The position numbers were made by a program, and so were the translations under genes. From positions 22,532,103 through 22,596,102 of the forward strand of contig CM074519.1 in assembly GCA_037379345.1 (NCBI GenBank): DNA of 64,000 bases. The letters are read 5' to 3'. Below are positions 27,601-40,600 of the stretch, piece after piece. Position 1 is the first letter of the stretch. Each line of letters begins with the position of its first letter. Under the pieces are notes generated by a model. That model was given only the letters and a program-made list of their open reading frames with translations. It made no database searches and was not told the origin of the DNA. The stretch comes from Perna viridis. Taxonomy: Eukaryota.

Positions 27601-30600
27601 AATATGTTAACATGCACTACCTTGAGAACATGTAGTCCCAGTATAGCCTGGACAGCATTTTTGATCCTGACATGTTCCTAAGTATGTTTCAAACTTCGTT
27701 CTGAAAACATAAAGATATACGAATACACAATGTCATACATGGAAAAAAATTATTATGCTGTATCATTATAATATATTTATATAAACACTAAGAAATAAAA
27801 TATTAAATCAGTTAATTGCACATTGAAGTGCGACATTATTAATATTCCCGAGAGCCATTCAATAAATTAACTAATGTTTACGTATTAACAATATGGTATT
27901 TTTGTCTACTCCTTTGACTTATTGTATAATTGATTTAAGTTAATTGATAATAGGTTGTATTTCTTCATCAACATGAAGTTTAAGGTAAATGAATAGTAAA
28001 GTCAAAATTACAGAATTGATAAACTTAGGCAGTCGTCAAAAAGAATAGTCAAACGAAAGTCTGTGAAATAAATGGCAGTATCAGGTTAAAACCGGAAAGT
28101 TTGAAACCAACACAATGGTCCTCGAGTTAAAACAGATTTCATCACACTTTTTACCTCCTGCTTAAAATGAGGTTTGTGTTAACTTCAGCGAAGGAGCGAG
28201 ATATAATATTATCAAAAGATTATTAGAGTTTTTTTTTTAGAATCAACACTTGATTAATACCGTTATTAGAGTTAACAGTATCACCATATTTTATGTTATC
28301 CCTCCTTCACTACGGACAAAATCTCAATGAGCCATACAGACATGTTTTTGTTGAACAAGTAGATGATCCTGCTATGTTCGTTTGATTGTATGAATGTTTA
28401 TGTAGTTTTGGAATACTTTACAAAAAGTAAGTCCTCAGACTTCTCACTTGAAAGAATATCCAACGAGGCCATTCAGTTTTCATGGTTACCTACGATTTAA
28501 TCCTAACGAGCGTACGTCGTTTGTAGGATTACCAAATTATCCCAAGCTCTTTAATTTAGCATTCGTAGTAATGCGCTGATAAATGGAGAAAAAACATTTT
28601 GCAGATTCGATATATTTGTATACTGGCATAGGTCGATCATTCATTCAGTATGCGACTTTGTACCAACGACCTAATTTCTTTAACCCAATCTGACAGTAAA
28701 ATTCTGGTGCTTTTTAAAATTCTTTCTCTGTATCAACGCCGTCTCTTACATGATCTTCATCTGCGTCCGTCATGATTTTACAATTACGGCTGTTCTATCT
28801 AAATTTCAGGCAGTTAGAGATTTTCATTTTGTATAATGCTCTGACCGCAAGTAAAGATAAAACAAGAGGGGTTGTAAACAAAAGAAAATTTGGAACAGTC
28901 ACAAGTCAGATAATAATCGATGTCCGCTTTTATACAACATCTTTTCAAAACATTCTGAACATTAATCCTAAATCATACCTATTTTTCTTCTGAATAAAAT
29001 TAAAACAATATTGATTTCGTTTACTGTTTCAATTGGAGGTATTATAAAAGGAGTGGCCATGACAATTCTAATGGAAATTATATAAAGATATTTATCATAT
29101 AAAAGATGTTCACAATCTCGTGATGGTTATCGGTTAAATAGTTCAAGGTATTCCATGCACAGTTGTTTAAAATATTATCTGTCTAAACAAATAACTTTCA
29201 TCCCGTTTTTATGTTTGAGGTGTTGCATTTATTGGGATCGACGCCCTTTATATGACGATGCTATGAACATGGACGGCTGAAAATCGTTCAGTCGGAAGTG
29301 ACGCACAAGTTAACAAATGGAAATAAGAATTGCAGCACACCAGGTTCAGCTGCACTAACATTTCTGTCTGGCAATGTCGTCCATGATGATAGATCTGGTC
29401 TGCAGTAGATAATGATCAAAATGATCGTCTCCAGAATGTTATATCGGCACCTATTTGCAAAAGGGTTTCAGAAATAGTATCATCGGCATAAGCAGTGTTT
29501 GTTTGCCACTATTCTTGAACTCAGCTGTCAGTTGCATGCAATATTAAGCGGCTATTGTAAGATTATATAAATTTTCAACACGAGGCTAAATCCTTTTAAT
29601 GTATCATATTCCAATCGTGTCTGTGTAATAAACGAGGTCATCAGGCAGCTGAGGCAAACACATGCAGTCAGTTTTAGAAAGAAGTCAATTTAAAAAAAGA
29701 GACAAATAAGCTTAAATAGAGTATGAACAATGTCATGTATCAAAATTTAAATTACAAGGCCTAAGAGTGAAAAGATTGCTCGTGCAAGTGATGATGCAAT
29801 GAGGCAAAATAATGAACAATATTTCATAAGTAAATACGCAATAAGGTCATAGTCTTTCATTAAAAATTAAAAATTGCATTAAGCCCGAAATTCATTTTGT
29901 AGATGATGTTGCAATATTTATTTCCAAATGTATGTTTGGGGTATGATGAAGTTGAGAAATTCAATTGAGCAAAGCAAAGTGTTATTTGAGTACAAACAGT
30001 TGCATCCATTATAATGAAAGACTAAAACCATATTGATTATATCGAATTCAAAATACAATAATTTTTACTATATGTTATTGTTATAGTTTCGAAATTATTG
30101 TTAAGCCGGATAGTTTGCATATAGTCTATTTTTACTTTGAAACATGTACATACGTATATCTTGAACACCGACTAATCCATAAAAATCCACAACTCGAGGT
30201 ATGTCGGACCTGTATGTATCTTAATTTCGCGCACTGCTTGTTGTAATCGCAATAATCCCCAGAAGAAAAGCTTCAAAAAAGATATGAAAAGTTATGCAAA
30301 ATAATTACAATCATACAAGCTCTTGCATAAAACAACTTGCAGTTTATATCATTCATTGCAAAATGTCTAAAATGTATCAATTATAAAATGTAGTATTGAT
30401 CCGATTCAGTAAATGATAAAACGCAATTTTCTTACAATGAANNNNNNNNNNNNNNNNNNNNNNNNNNNNNNNNNNNNNNNNNNNNNNNNNNNNNNNNNNN
30501 NNNNNNNNNNNNNNNNNNNNNNNNNNNNNNNNNNNNNNNNNNNNNNNNNNNNNNNNNNNNNNNNNNNNNNNNAAAAACACATACATAACCGCACAATAAA

Positions 30601-30962
30601 ACAATTGCAAAATTAGGTCGAATAAAAAAATACTAGTTAATCTTACTTCACAACTTTTAAATTGTTGTTTAAGATACTCAGACATTGCTGAATCGTCAAT
30701 CGTTTCTTTTTCCCTTTAAAGATGACCGTTTTAGAGTAAAAAGTTAAGAAACAATTAAATTACAGTTAATTTTTAAAAAAGATAATGTGTGGAAATTCTG
30801 AAAAGGTACATTGAAAGAAGAAAAATTCAACTTTTTTTTTTTTATTTTAAACACTTTTGAAAGATTACGTTTGTAAAACTTGTAATATGCAAAAATGCTC
30901 GTTTAATTTTACCTTAGAAAACTAAGACTGCCAAACAACAAAATAGAAATAATATTTTCCAT
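6348..30962 (-). CDS. Gene A: complete 20-exon gene for a ~3249-aa secreted protein (signal peptide, EMI-like, 2 EGF-like, ~19 FN3/Ig-like repeats); uncharacterised
   Basis: Manual splice model, complement of 30913-30962, 30154-30270, 27621-27700, 25716-25814, 24650-24775, 21378-21647, 21154-21274, 19203-20364, 17752-18949, 15940-17294, 15102-15765, 14452-14568, 13791-14089, 13024-13131, 12624-12780, 12262-12445, 10303-11906, 8319-9590, 7128-7628, 6348-6613. Exons total 9750 nt (divisible by 3), all phases are compatible, introns are GT-AG except one GC-AG, and exons 8-20 are mirrored in gene B. Confidence 0.88.
6653..6851. mobile_element. ~200-bp TTAA-target MITE (Kolobok/piggyBac-type target), degraded copy
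   Basis: Flanked by TTAA (6649-6652) and TTAT; internal sequence aligns with 14798-14994. Confidence 0.75.
7128..7628 (-). CDS. Gene A exon 19
   Basis: 501 nt as in gene B; cag/gtac. Confidence 0.9.
8319..9590 (-). CDS. Gene A exon 18
   Basis: Within ORF 8212-9714; 1272 nt as in gene B. Confidence 0.92.
10303..11906 (-). CDS. Gene A exon 17 (includes a Cys-rich insert)
   Basis: Overlaps ORF 10283-11821; 1604 nt, phase 2-1. Confidence 0.92.
12262..12445 (-). CDS. Gene A exon 16
   Basis: ITWNQFFVHGVRYY...DTSPPIPG; 184 nt as in gene B. Confidence 0.9.
12624..12780 (-). CDS. Gene A exon 15 (GC donor)
   Basis: WYGFNDPHS motif; 157 nt as in gene B; donor is GCAAGT where B has GTAAGT. Confidence 0.88.
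13024..13131 (-). CDS. Gene A exon 14
   Basis: ATNGAGLRSYTVSLPFVVDSSPPPVGHV; 108 nt as in gene B. Confidence 0.9.
13791..14089 (-). CDS. Gene A exon 13
   Basis: AFSHVNRT...DYSPPTSG...WSGIEDDESGI...YFAIVT; tag/gtgag. Confidence 0.9.
14452..14568 (-). CDS. Gene A exon 12
   Basis: TNKGADDVLPF...AYYATVR; 117 nt as in gene B. Confidence 0.9.
14798..14994. mobile_element. 197-bp MITE with ~25-bp TIRs and TTAA TSD
   Basis: TTAA|GGAGGTAAAACTAGGATAAGGGACA ... TGTCCCTTAACCTAGGTCTACCTCC|TTAA. Confidence 0.85.
15102..15765 (-). CDS. Gene A exon 11
   Basis: 664 nt, same length as 46012-46675; cag/gtaag. Confidence 0.92.
15940..17294 (-). CDS. Gene A exon 10
   Basis: Overlaps ORF 15931-17199; 1355 nt, same length as 46876-48230. 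Confidence 0.92.
17752..18949 (-). CDS. Gene A exon 9
   Basis: Overlaps ORF 17699-18913; tag/gtaagt; paralogous to 48714-49914. Confidence 0.92.
19203..20364 (-). CDS. Gene A exon 8
   Basis: Within ORF 19173-20387; cag/gtaagt; paralogous to 61474-62623. Confidence 0.92.
21154..21274 (-). CDS. Gene A exon 7
   Basis: 121-nt open exon (SKVLLLQKK...LVNGER), cag/gtatg, phase 1-2. Confidence 0.85.
21378..21647 (-). CDS. Gene A exon 6
   Basis: 270-nt open exon (ISTPSITTCKVRA...VHKLSLN), cag/gtaag, phase 1-1. Confidence 0.85.
21662..21807. repeat. 28-bp minisatellite, ~5.2 copies (AAATATACGTGTCAGGGTACCGTTAACT)
   Basis: Directly visible near-perfect tandem copies. Confidence 0.95.
24650..24775 (-). 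CDS. Gene A exon 5 (EGF-like: CSSLNRWCWPGTC...CKCMTGF...C)
   Basis: Six cysteines, tag acceptor, gtaag donor, phase 1-1. Confidence 0.88.
25255..25620 (-). mobile_element. Old degenerate 3' fragment of the Penelope-like RT family
   Basis: Reverse complement of the 'ggtcgtcatcatgaactc..gatcgttac' and QGYVATRLKS segments seen at 4250-4330 and 57650-57730. Confidence 0.75.
25716..25814 (-). CDS. Gene A exon 4 (EGF-like: [30 protein letters not shown])
   Basis: Canonical six-cysteine EGF spacing, phase 1-1 exon. Confidence 0.9.
26523..26875 (-). mobile_element. 3' fragment of the Penelope-like RT family including its 3' terminus
   Basis: Reverse complement of 57700-58058; both copies end at GATTACTCTTT. 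Confidence 0.8.
27621..27700 (-). CDS. Gene A exon 3 (EMI-like C-half: TCQDQKCCPGYTGTTCSQ)
   Basis: ttttcag acceptor, gtagt donor, CCPGY motif, phase 2-1. Confidence 0.85.
28620..28860 (-). mobile_element. Degenerate upstream (pre-RT) region of a Penelope-like ORF
   Basis: Broken frames read SIIQNENL...CKIMTDADEDHVR...LLSDWVKEIRSLVQSRI, resembling the segment before the RT in mollusc PLEs (from recall, not searched). Confidence 0.45.
30154..30270 (-). CDS. Gene A exon 2 (EMI-like N-half: DYCDYNKQC...SCGFLWISRCSRY)
   Basis: Polypyrimidine tract plus aag acceptor, donor gtatgt, phase 2-2. Confidence 0.8.
30442..30572. other. Assembly gap (131 N) in gene A intron 1
   Basis: Run of n. Confidence 0.99.
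30913..30962 (-). CDS. Gene A exon 1 (ATG, signal peptide MENIISILLFGSLSFLS...)
   Basis: ATG at 30962, hydrophobic stretch, phase-2 donor AG|gtaaaa matching exon 2; joined peptide MENIISILLFGSLSFLSFSSG-DYC. Confidence 0.75.
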
Positions 30963-33900
30963 GATAACGAATCCGTTCAACTACTTCCTAGTGGGCAGAT
31001 GTGTCGTCCATATAGGTAGAAAGATATATTCGTAAATATTAATTTATTTGCTTCGAAAGCAAAAGGTGCGAATGCTCAGGGTTAGTTTTAAAAAGTTATG
31101 AACATACCAGTGTTTCTATATTGAATTATGAAAAAATACGTTGATAAAACGTCAAATGTTAAAAACACGCACTACGATTGGGTGTTAATTTCTGTCACCT
31201 TCATCCCTGATTAAGCTACACATTGACACTTGGTATATCTATTTTATCAAACATAACATGACAAACAAAGCAAAAAGGAAAGGAAGAAGAAATGAAAATA
31301 TCGGGATTTCGACACACTTACAGTGTATCTGTGGTTCTGATCATAACATGTGGAAGAGAGGAAAGCCGAAATTTTTCATATTAAACATTTTCTCCTTGTT
31401 TATTTCATACATTTTATTGTAAAAATGGGTAAAAATAGGTATTGTTGGCTTATTGTTTCCTAAGACCTTTCCGGTTATGATTTATTTTCTAAAAAGCGCA
31501 CTTTTTTTAAGTAGATCTTATATAGATACATTTAAGAATAAAATTTAAAAGAATGATATACTGATGTTAATTTCCATACCTGACTTTGTTTTATGTAACT
31601 TACAGGTATTTGTTCATTTTCTGTACATGTTTGTTAAAATTTATTTTGTTTGTTTCTATTTTTTTTCGGTTTTGATTTTGTGAGACTTGGGAGGTTCCCA
31701 AATGTTTTATGTTCTTATTTGTTTTGTGACTTGTTCTTCGAGTTTTGAGGTTTATGTTTTTGCTTTGTCTTTGCCCCCTATTCAGACGTTTACTTCTATT
31801 TTTTAGCTTTGTGTAGTGTTTCTTATCTATTGTCACATAATTAGGAAAGTGCAAAGAGAAGAATAAACCTTTTGTAGTTTAAGATTATAAATCAAATTAA
31901 GGAACCACTTGCTACTTCAGAGTAAAATTAAATATAACAAAGCAACATAGAAAAGTACTTTCATGTTCTTATATTTGAAACACTTTTCAAAATTGCGATT
32001 AACATTTTACTTGTGGATATGTTTGCATTTTATTAACGGTGTCATATTGATTTTCTATTTTACTGGTCAACTTCGGGTCTTGTTTTGATTATAAATATTC
32101 GGTTTCTCGTTCTAATCATGATCTCTCTTACGCTTACTTCAAACGTTAAAAAGTTGTTTTCATTTTTATCACAGCTTCAAGTACTCAGTAAAGATAACAT
32201 TATGTTATTATGTAAACATAATGTTTAACTAAACGTTAATTGCATACCAAATAAAGAATTACGAATTTGTCAGTCTACAAATTTCCACCATCTCGTGTCA
32301 AATTCCTTATATGGACTTTGATATCTATTGCGGAAAAAAAAAAAAAAAAACAATAAACAAAAACGTTTCGTTATATCTTATTACCCTAACTTGTTACTGA
32401 GGGCATTTGGACGTTAAATAAGTTAAATAATTTTTACTACTAAGACCCACTTTCAAAATTTTCACCAGCCATACTATGCAAGTTATGATAGTGTATAAAA
32501 GAGTCTGCTTCTATTTCAATTATAAGCGGGAAAAATTGATCTGAAAGTAAAATTAACATGTATCAATTTGGCATTATAAACATTAATCAGCAATTTCTTC
32601 CGAATATATATTTTCACAAGTGTATAAAAAAACCTTAATAAATGTAATCAAAATTTCTGGAATCAAGTGTTTATTAATGTTTGTCTAAATGCTCCGAAAG
32701 GCGAATATTGCTTGCTTTCTCATCTAAAAACAGCGAATTTCTAATTTTTGTCGTATATGGTTTTTATTCTGTGTTCATGGTATAATGTCGGTAGCTTTGA
32801 TAACAAATTTTTAACATTATTGACCTAACCAGCGACTGAAAAACTAATATCTGCAAGGTCTGTTTAAGGAAAAGTTGATATATTAGGGTGACATGTTTGT
32901 TAAATATATTGTAATACATCATTGAGCAATTGTATATTTGTAGAAACTTTAGCATTTCATTGACAGGAAAGTGTTTCTCTGTGCGTTAATAATCAAAACA
33001 AATATGTTTAATTTTGATAAGTTCATTAAGAAAAAGAGGTCTCACCTATAATGCCTACTAACGACATATGTTGTTTTAGAATAAAACACTTAAAATCGTG
33101 GGTAAACTTAAGTGCTTCAAAAGACTGCTCGATTTTTGTTTTTGGCACATGTATACGTCCTCGTGTAGCATCAACATACATGCAGTTCATCAATCTAATT
33201 TTGTACATATGAGGATAGTAATTTCTAAACACTCAGTGATAGTGCTCATTGATTTACATATGGCTTTATCTAATAACAAATATACGGATCAATGGTGTTT
33301 CAAAGGATATCTGGACAGCAATGTAAACATAACATAAAAAGGAAAACTCCAATATCCCCCCCCCCCAAAAAAAAAAAAAAAAAAAAAATCAGAGAGTGTC
33401 GTTCCCGTATATGTTTATAGAGACCTTATAACATTGACACAACAGAAATATATATGTAATGAATCAGTAAATTTTTATCTTCCCTGGTATTTTCGATGTT
33501 GTTACTGTTAAATATTTTACTGCCTATTAGCTTAAACGAAATAACGCGTGGTCCTTACATAAGGTTGGCAAAGGTATAACATACTTGTTACACAGAGCAT
33601 TTTTTGTGTCACCTGGCAAAATCGTACTTAAAGTGTTTGAAATAATGAAACAGTTTTATCTTTGAATTGAAGAAATCAAATCGTGTTGATAATACAATAT
33701 GTGCAGTAAGTTTTATTTAAAGTGATATTCAAGAAGAGCAGATAATTGGCTCCAAAATGTTCTAAAGAAAACTGTTTGATGATCCCAAAAAGGTTATTTT
33801 TTTTTAAGATAAAAAAACATGTTATATACCAATGTTCTTTATGCAAAGTTTCAGAGATTCCTCATACCATTTTAAATAATATTTCAAATGATTTAAAAAA

Positions 33901-36849
33901 ACAAATACTAGTTTCCTACACACTAATTTCTGTAAACGCATGCTCTTTTTGTATCAGAATTTTACAGTATGTTTGTTTGAGGTCATTTTTAAGAAACACG
34001 AGGAAAATCTATATAAAATAAATATAAGGTATGATTGTTCTACTTTAGTTCTTTATGAAATGAATCTTTCCATGACTCGTTTAGTGATCAATCCGTGTGT
34101 TTTTTGTTTCAGCCAGGGCTCCCTGTTTCCCCACGATATACCTGCAGAAGGTAAACATTTTATTGATCCATTATGTTAAACCTAAAGACACGCTTTTTTA
34201 AACACCTATGTTTAAATTATTTCACAATGAAGTATTTCTATCTTACAAAAAAAATGTTACATTTCTTTAAACATGTCCATGATATGTAGCGCCAATTTGT
34301 TTTAGAATTAGAGAAAAAGAGAGAGATTTTCGAACTTGAGAAAAATAAAAATCAAGACCTTTATCTAATTTCAATTTATTTAAACGTTAAAATCTTCGAT
34401 CTCTACTTTATGAAGCCGCTCCATGGAGGTCGCCACTAAATATTTTGATGGCATTTGAAATTTACTACTCTCATTTGAAGGGCATCTAACGCTTTATTAA
34501 TTTTGGAACTCAGTAATTTTGACCTCCCCAAAATGTGCTAGAAATCAAAACCATAAAATTACTGTCCGGAATTTCAATTTCCGGAATAAAAACAGCAAGA
34601 TTACAATTGACCTACAATAATGTTGCTTTGACGATCAGATATTTCTCTAGTAATATTTTTGCATTCAACACGTGTTTGCAAAAGGGTACGAAACATCACG
34701 ATTGGTCTTGACGTTTCCACGTCTGACGGCATCTGAACCATTATTTCATTTCCAGTTTGCGTCAGACTTGTCACTAGTCCTAATACAACGGATATGATAT
34801 TTGACGTGAAATCTGACCAAGAATCAATCAATCCATCTCTTTTCAGAATAGCTTGGGCATTGAAACCATTTTTTTCTTTTTGAAGTAATCGTGAATATAC
34901 ATTTATGCGCTTGTTACACATAAAATTATCCAGCAATTTTAAATAATACTGTGACATTTGATTTTCTGTTTCTCTTCATTTATTGGTGTGACAAGAGGAT
35001 GATTACAGTTGCTATATAAGTTAATTACCTGAAAAAAAACCAAGACTTTCAAACAATAGAACTATCCATTTTCCCATGGTTAAAAACACCATTATATTTA
35101 AAATTTAAACATTTTGAAGTGCGGAAACCCTCACATTAAACAATTTCAATATCTTGTTTGATTTATATCAAGTGCAAAATCGTGGATGAACGTATCAAAA
35201 TGTTAAAATGGTTTGTCGTTCCTGTAATCAGGAAGGGTTTCCATATTTCTATGTTTGCTTTGATAAGATAATTCGTATTTATTTATGTTGACGTATGACA
35301 ATCATAACGCCAAAAATTATATTAGAGCTATAAAGTTAGACCAACGTGGTCATTTTATATCAAATGAAATGACAAGGTAGGCAAACGGGATAAAATTTTG
35401 TTAAATTTAGAAAGTTTGACTAACATTTCTGTTTGAAAGACGCTTTGTTCTGCTTGACCAATCAAAAGCACAGGTATTTAAAAATTCTGTCATAAGCTTC
35501 AGATTTGTTAAAACGAATCTGAGAATATGATTTCTCATATTAATTTATAAAATACATTACGTGTTAATTATTTTTCGCAAAGTAGTAGAAAATGCTTTGA
35601 TTGTTTAAAGTACTCGATTATTTATGTAAGATTTGCATACATTATGAAACGAAAGTTTTTTTTCTATTCTGCATATGAAGACGTACGGCGTATCTATTTC
35701 CCACAGCTTTTTATTTTAAGTTCGTTAAAATGCTTGTTCAAGCCAATGAAATTGCATATGGACATATTCCTGTATTTTTATATGCCTATAGACAAAAAAG
35801 TTGAATTATACAACCAGATAAGGAGCAATTTTAACTATTTGCAAAATCAAAAGAAAAGCCTCAGTCGTGTGCTTTGACTTTTGTATACATGATTGGTATT
35901 TTTGCATTCGATATCAGCGGCCGAAACCATAGTCTGTCGTTACCGTTATCAGTTCGCATCTTACATTCCTGACACAAACAAACACATTGCAGACAATGCA
36001 AGAACCTTTCTGATGTCCACATACATTTATTTTAAAAAAGAATGAAAATGAATATGCTGGAAAACTTGAAGTGACATCAACATTGTTATGAATTTGATGA
36101 GGAGCGATGGGAGTTTTTTTAAGTTTTGAGGATATCCCTGTCACGCGATTATTCATGGAATGCGACAGATCAGATACTCAAAATGATTAGTTTTTTTTTA
36201 TTCCTTTATTTGTTTATTCCATTGTATTACAGTGTCATAGAATATTTGACCATTTTTCTCTTCCTGTGATTTTACTTCTTTACAAAACCTAAGGACATAT
36301 ATAGTTTTGTTGTTCAACACAATTAACCAACGAGCTTAATGGATCCGGGGGATTTACAATTATATCATAAGTTGATATTCCAATAAACGATTTTTTTAAT
36401 ATATGTATTATAAGTGTACGAACAAGATTTTTTTTATTAGTCAGTTAAAATATTTAACTTTAGCAAAACAGATTTGGAACACGAGGAAGCTTCAGCACGA
36501 AACCTTCTCAAATAAAATGATCCAAAATCAATAAAAATAAACATGTTCGTATTATCCTATAGCTGTACTTTCGGGGTACCGGTATAAACACTTGTCAGAA
36601 GTGACTTTCCGTAAGAAGGGGTGAAATGAATATGTTCATTGAAGATCGAGATCAGAACAGTTTAAATCTTAGAATGTGAATTTGTTTTACTTTATGTAAA
36701 AAGTTCAATCAAACTTTACAGAACATAATGAAATATTTCTATGTAATCTTCCAAAAGAAGCGGTGTCTTCACTTTGTGGAGTCTAGCCTTCAAACATGTA
36801 AAAGTTAAATATTTGTGTCATTGGTTATCATTTCTTCTCGAAGTTGTTA

Positions 36850-37168
36850 AAATTGATACAACTGTAAATATATATCCGCTGGCAAACCAAAACTTTTAAA
36901 ATTTTCACCCTCGTTAGTAGAAATCACGTCAAAAATGTAGAAGCCCGACGCATTCTACTCGATCTATGAATTGAGAACCAATGACGTAGCACGGTCACGT
37001 GACCACATGGCTAATTAAAATCGTATGGCTTGGGTCATCGTCGACTTTAAATAAATTTATCTCCAATTAAACCACGTGACTACAAGGGCGTTTTTATGAT
37101 ATATATTAGGTGTAATAAATCAAATATACCAAAAATTGAAAAAAAAATTGTTTTGTGTCATGTCTCCT
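36850..37168. mobile_element. Possible one-ended relic of a TTAA-target (Kolobok-like) non-autonomous element containing the palindrome GGTCACGTGACC
   Basis: Ends ...CATGTCTCCT|TTAA; perfect 12-bp palindrome at 36993-37004; the matching opposite end was not found. Confidence 0.3.
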
Positions 37169-37431
37169 TTAAAAAAATGTATCACATAGAAAATAGACGG
37201 ATAGCAATCACACGTAACAGTGCATTGTTGCACGATGTGAATCATCACTTCACTATAAAATAACAAACTCTCTGAATACGAACTTTCAAATTCGTTACGA
37301 GTAGGATTTGTACGCAAAATGTCTATTGTCTTCATATACAGTCAACAATTCGTAGTATTGCAGCATTTTATTTCTTAAGCACATTACATAAAATTGAATA
37401 GCTTTATCATACATAAAGGATCATTATTGAA

Positions 37432-37697
37432 CTATATGATTATAAACTGTCTGTAGGTCAATGACCTATCAGAAAATGTATGACCCGTCAGAACAACGTA
37501 AATCTCGTTGACATTGTCAGGTACAAAAAAATGTAACAACGTTTGCGTTACAGTTGTCGGCATGACGACGTCGGTACTGTCTTTAGTAGTTCCTATTGAA
37601 ATTTCGAAGGTTGTTATGGCAGAGTCAGTTCGATATACCATGTCCCAGGCTATCTTGTAGTAATTATTTCGTAAATGCTGTATTTCCATGGGCGATC
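37432..37697 (-). CDS. Gene B exon 20 (terminal, TAG stop)
   Basis: 266 nt; ends LTYRQFIII*. Confidence 0.9.
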
Positions 37698-40600
37698 CTG
37701 AAGTGAAAAAGACTTTACTTGTAATTTAGTAGAATCATTATAACACGATGAATCAAATGATCTATCAAATTGATCGAAAAAGTCTAACATTAGAGGAGTC
37801 TGATTAACATAGAAAAAAATGATAGAAATTTAAAGTCAATCAAACTCAACTATAATTATATCATGTAAAACGATTCCTTCAAACTTCCTACCTTGTTTCG
37901 TTTTCATCAATGTTAAGTATTCTTTACTCGGTTTTCATTTTCAATATGCCGCATTATCACGAAGTTAATTTGTCTAATCTAAACAGAGCAATACCAGAAA
38001 CGCTGAGTCGTCGTTAAACTTTGGTAGATTTTAGCTCAATTGTTATTCTTACAATGAAAATAACTTATTTCTATTTCTCATTGGTGTTAAGATATCAGTT
38101 GAAACCGAGAAATTCTCATTTAAAAAGATCAATGGCAACAGCGATCTAAAGGATTTCTAGCACAATTCTTTAAAAGATTTCCTTACGCTTATATGAATCA
38201 GTTTTATCATATTCATGAATTTGCACTGAATAATAATAAGATAATGCAAGATAATGTCTGTGTAATTTTATTTAGTGATTTGTGAAACGAAATCATGAAT
38301 GTAAACTTTACTGTTTTTACTATAATGATCTAATTGAGCTTAGCAAGGATTGGTTTTATAAATTCGTTGTCGATGTCTGTATTCACTTATTAGTTGTATT
38401 GACATTTGACGTGCAGAAAATCGAACAAGTTGTACCTGTTAAAATTGGTGTTCTGCAGTCAAATTCTAGAGTGGTGTTAATGGCCTCGCTAAAAAATCCT
38501 CCGTCATTTTCTGCTTGGACAGTGAAAGTGTACTTCTTTCCATTTCTGACATCAAGATTGCGTACTTCCATATAGTTTTTCTTTCCAACATTTGTCCTAT
38601 CGAGTAACTGTTTTCCCTCTGAATATAATTTAGAAATGTAAGTCCTAAATCCCGATGGATCCTCACAGGTGTCCCACCTTAAAGTTACGTTCCAGGTGTC
38701 ATCATTATTACAACCGGCTGTTGTAACGTGTAACTGTGTGTCAGCGCAAACTGGAGGCATATAAGACACAACAAAAGGTCCTAAATTTGTAAATCCAGTC
38801 AATTGTACGCTATTCGCACAACGGATAGTAACGTAGACGATACTTCCATGCGCCAGTAGTAATGGTGCAGAGTGTAATTCTTCAAGGTTAAGTGTCTTGA
38901 TGAACGTATTTAAATCACATGACCTTGGCATTGTGCCTGTAAAATTAAATTAAGAAACTTTTTTTTCTGGATTTTTTCACAACATGTATGGAAACGTACT
39001 TATTTTATACAATAAACGACTTAACCAATGAAACTTAAATTGTTCATTTTTTAAAAGAATACGTAAGTCATATTAATAGTTAAATATATTTCAAATAACA
39101 AATTTCGGTCACAATTATTTTTTAAACAATTTAACAATAAGCTACATTGTGTGAAGCATTAAATTAATCTTTTTCACAGTTTATAATAAACCTAATAACA
39201 CATTCTTGTTGTTACATAAACTTGAACGTTTTACTTTTTTTTCCATTTTGGTCCGCTCTAATCTTACCACAAATCTAATAGCATGCAATACTACAAAAGA
39301 ATTTAAAAAAAAAACAAAAAACAAAAAACAAAAAAACAAAAAAACAAAAATACAAAAAACATGAAACATATTCATTAACGGTAAACTAACCGATGCAATA
39401 TTCACAGTTTGTAACTGAACTTTCCTCATCAGCAACCGTCCAATAAGCTGTAATTACGATAGCCGTTTCATTATTGAGATTGCTGTACGTCACCATCATG
39501 GTATCATTGGTTATCAAAGGAGGCGTCATGTCAAATGTCAAAGGCATTGATGTAAAGCGAGCTGACATTCCTGCATGGTTCTCAACCAGGGCAGAAACAA
39601 AAAGTGTCATACCGTGGGTAAAGTTTCCTTTGATGACATCGTACCGATGAAACGGCAAAGGTTGCATATCTACAACTTCGAATCCATTCGGTATACTACC
39701 AACACCTACGGATACTTTCCTGATCCCGCTTTCAATATCAATTGTTTGAACACAAATTGATATTTCATCTTGAGATATTTGTTGAGCCCTGACGACGTCT
39801 TGTTTCTTGTCGATTATTTTTAAACCGGAACATTTTGATACATTTGTGGTAACAGTTGAGTCTTTTCCAACAGCGTTAAGCTCAATAGTTACATTAATAT
39901 GTTTTACGTCGGTTTGTTCTACAAGGAAAAAATACTCAGATAGAACAGATTTATCCGCGTTTTTGACAAATGGTAACAACATTATCATTTCATTAATGGA
40001 TAAATACGCCATAAAACCTATGTCCGGGGCGTCAACTTTGACAAGGATTTTTAACAAACTATAAGGTTCACAAGTTAAAGATTCCGAAATTACCAATGAC
40101 GTCTGTGTGAAATTGTGAAAAGACGTTTCTCTTATAACGCTAAACTCATCGCATTCAAAGGAACCTGGAGGAGTGCCGTCAATATGTAACACATCTGAGG
40201 TGACGATTCGACTTTCGTGTCCTGCTGCGTCAATTGCCTTGATATGAGATGTTATTACATCACCATGTTCTGGTTGAGCGGGATAGGGAAAAAAATTAGA
40301 ATCCCTTGCATCTATAAATGCTATCGACTTGTTTCTGTTCTTGGACAAGTGATTGACCTCAAAAGCAATTAGATACGTGCTTATAAATGAATGTTCGTCA
40401 TCAAAACCATGCCAGGAGAAAAAAATTGATTCGTCAATCGACTGATAAATGTGATCGCTGTGGTGTTTTGTGTTGAATAGTACACCCTCTGTTGGGGGTT
40501 TAGTATCCAGAAGGAAGCCATCAGAACTTAATTCTGTCTTAAGACCAATGTTGTTGACTGCTATGACATTTGTGTAATATCTAACACCTGGTTCGATATA

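Noticed and set aside
34601-34957. 118-aa minus-strand ORF
   Set aside because: No motif recognised; the nearest upstream acceptor gives stops in all frames.
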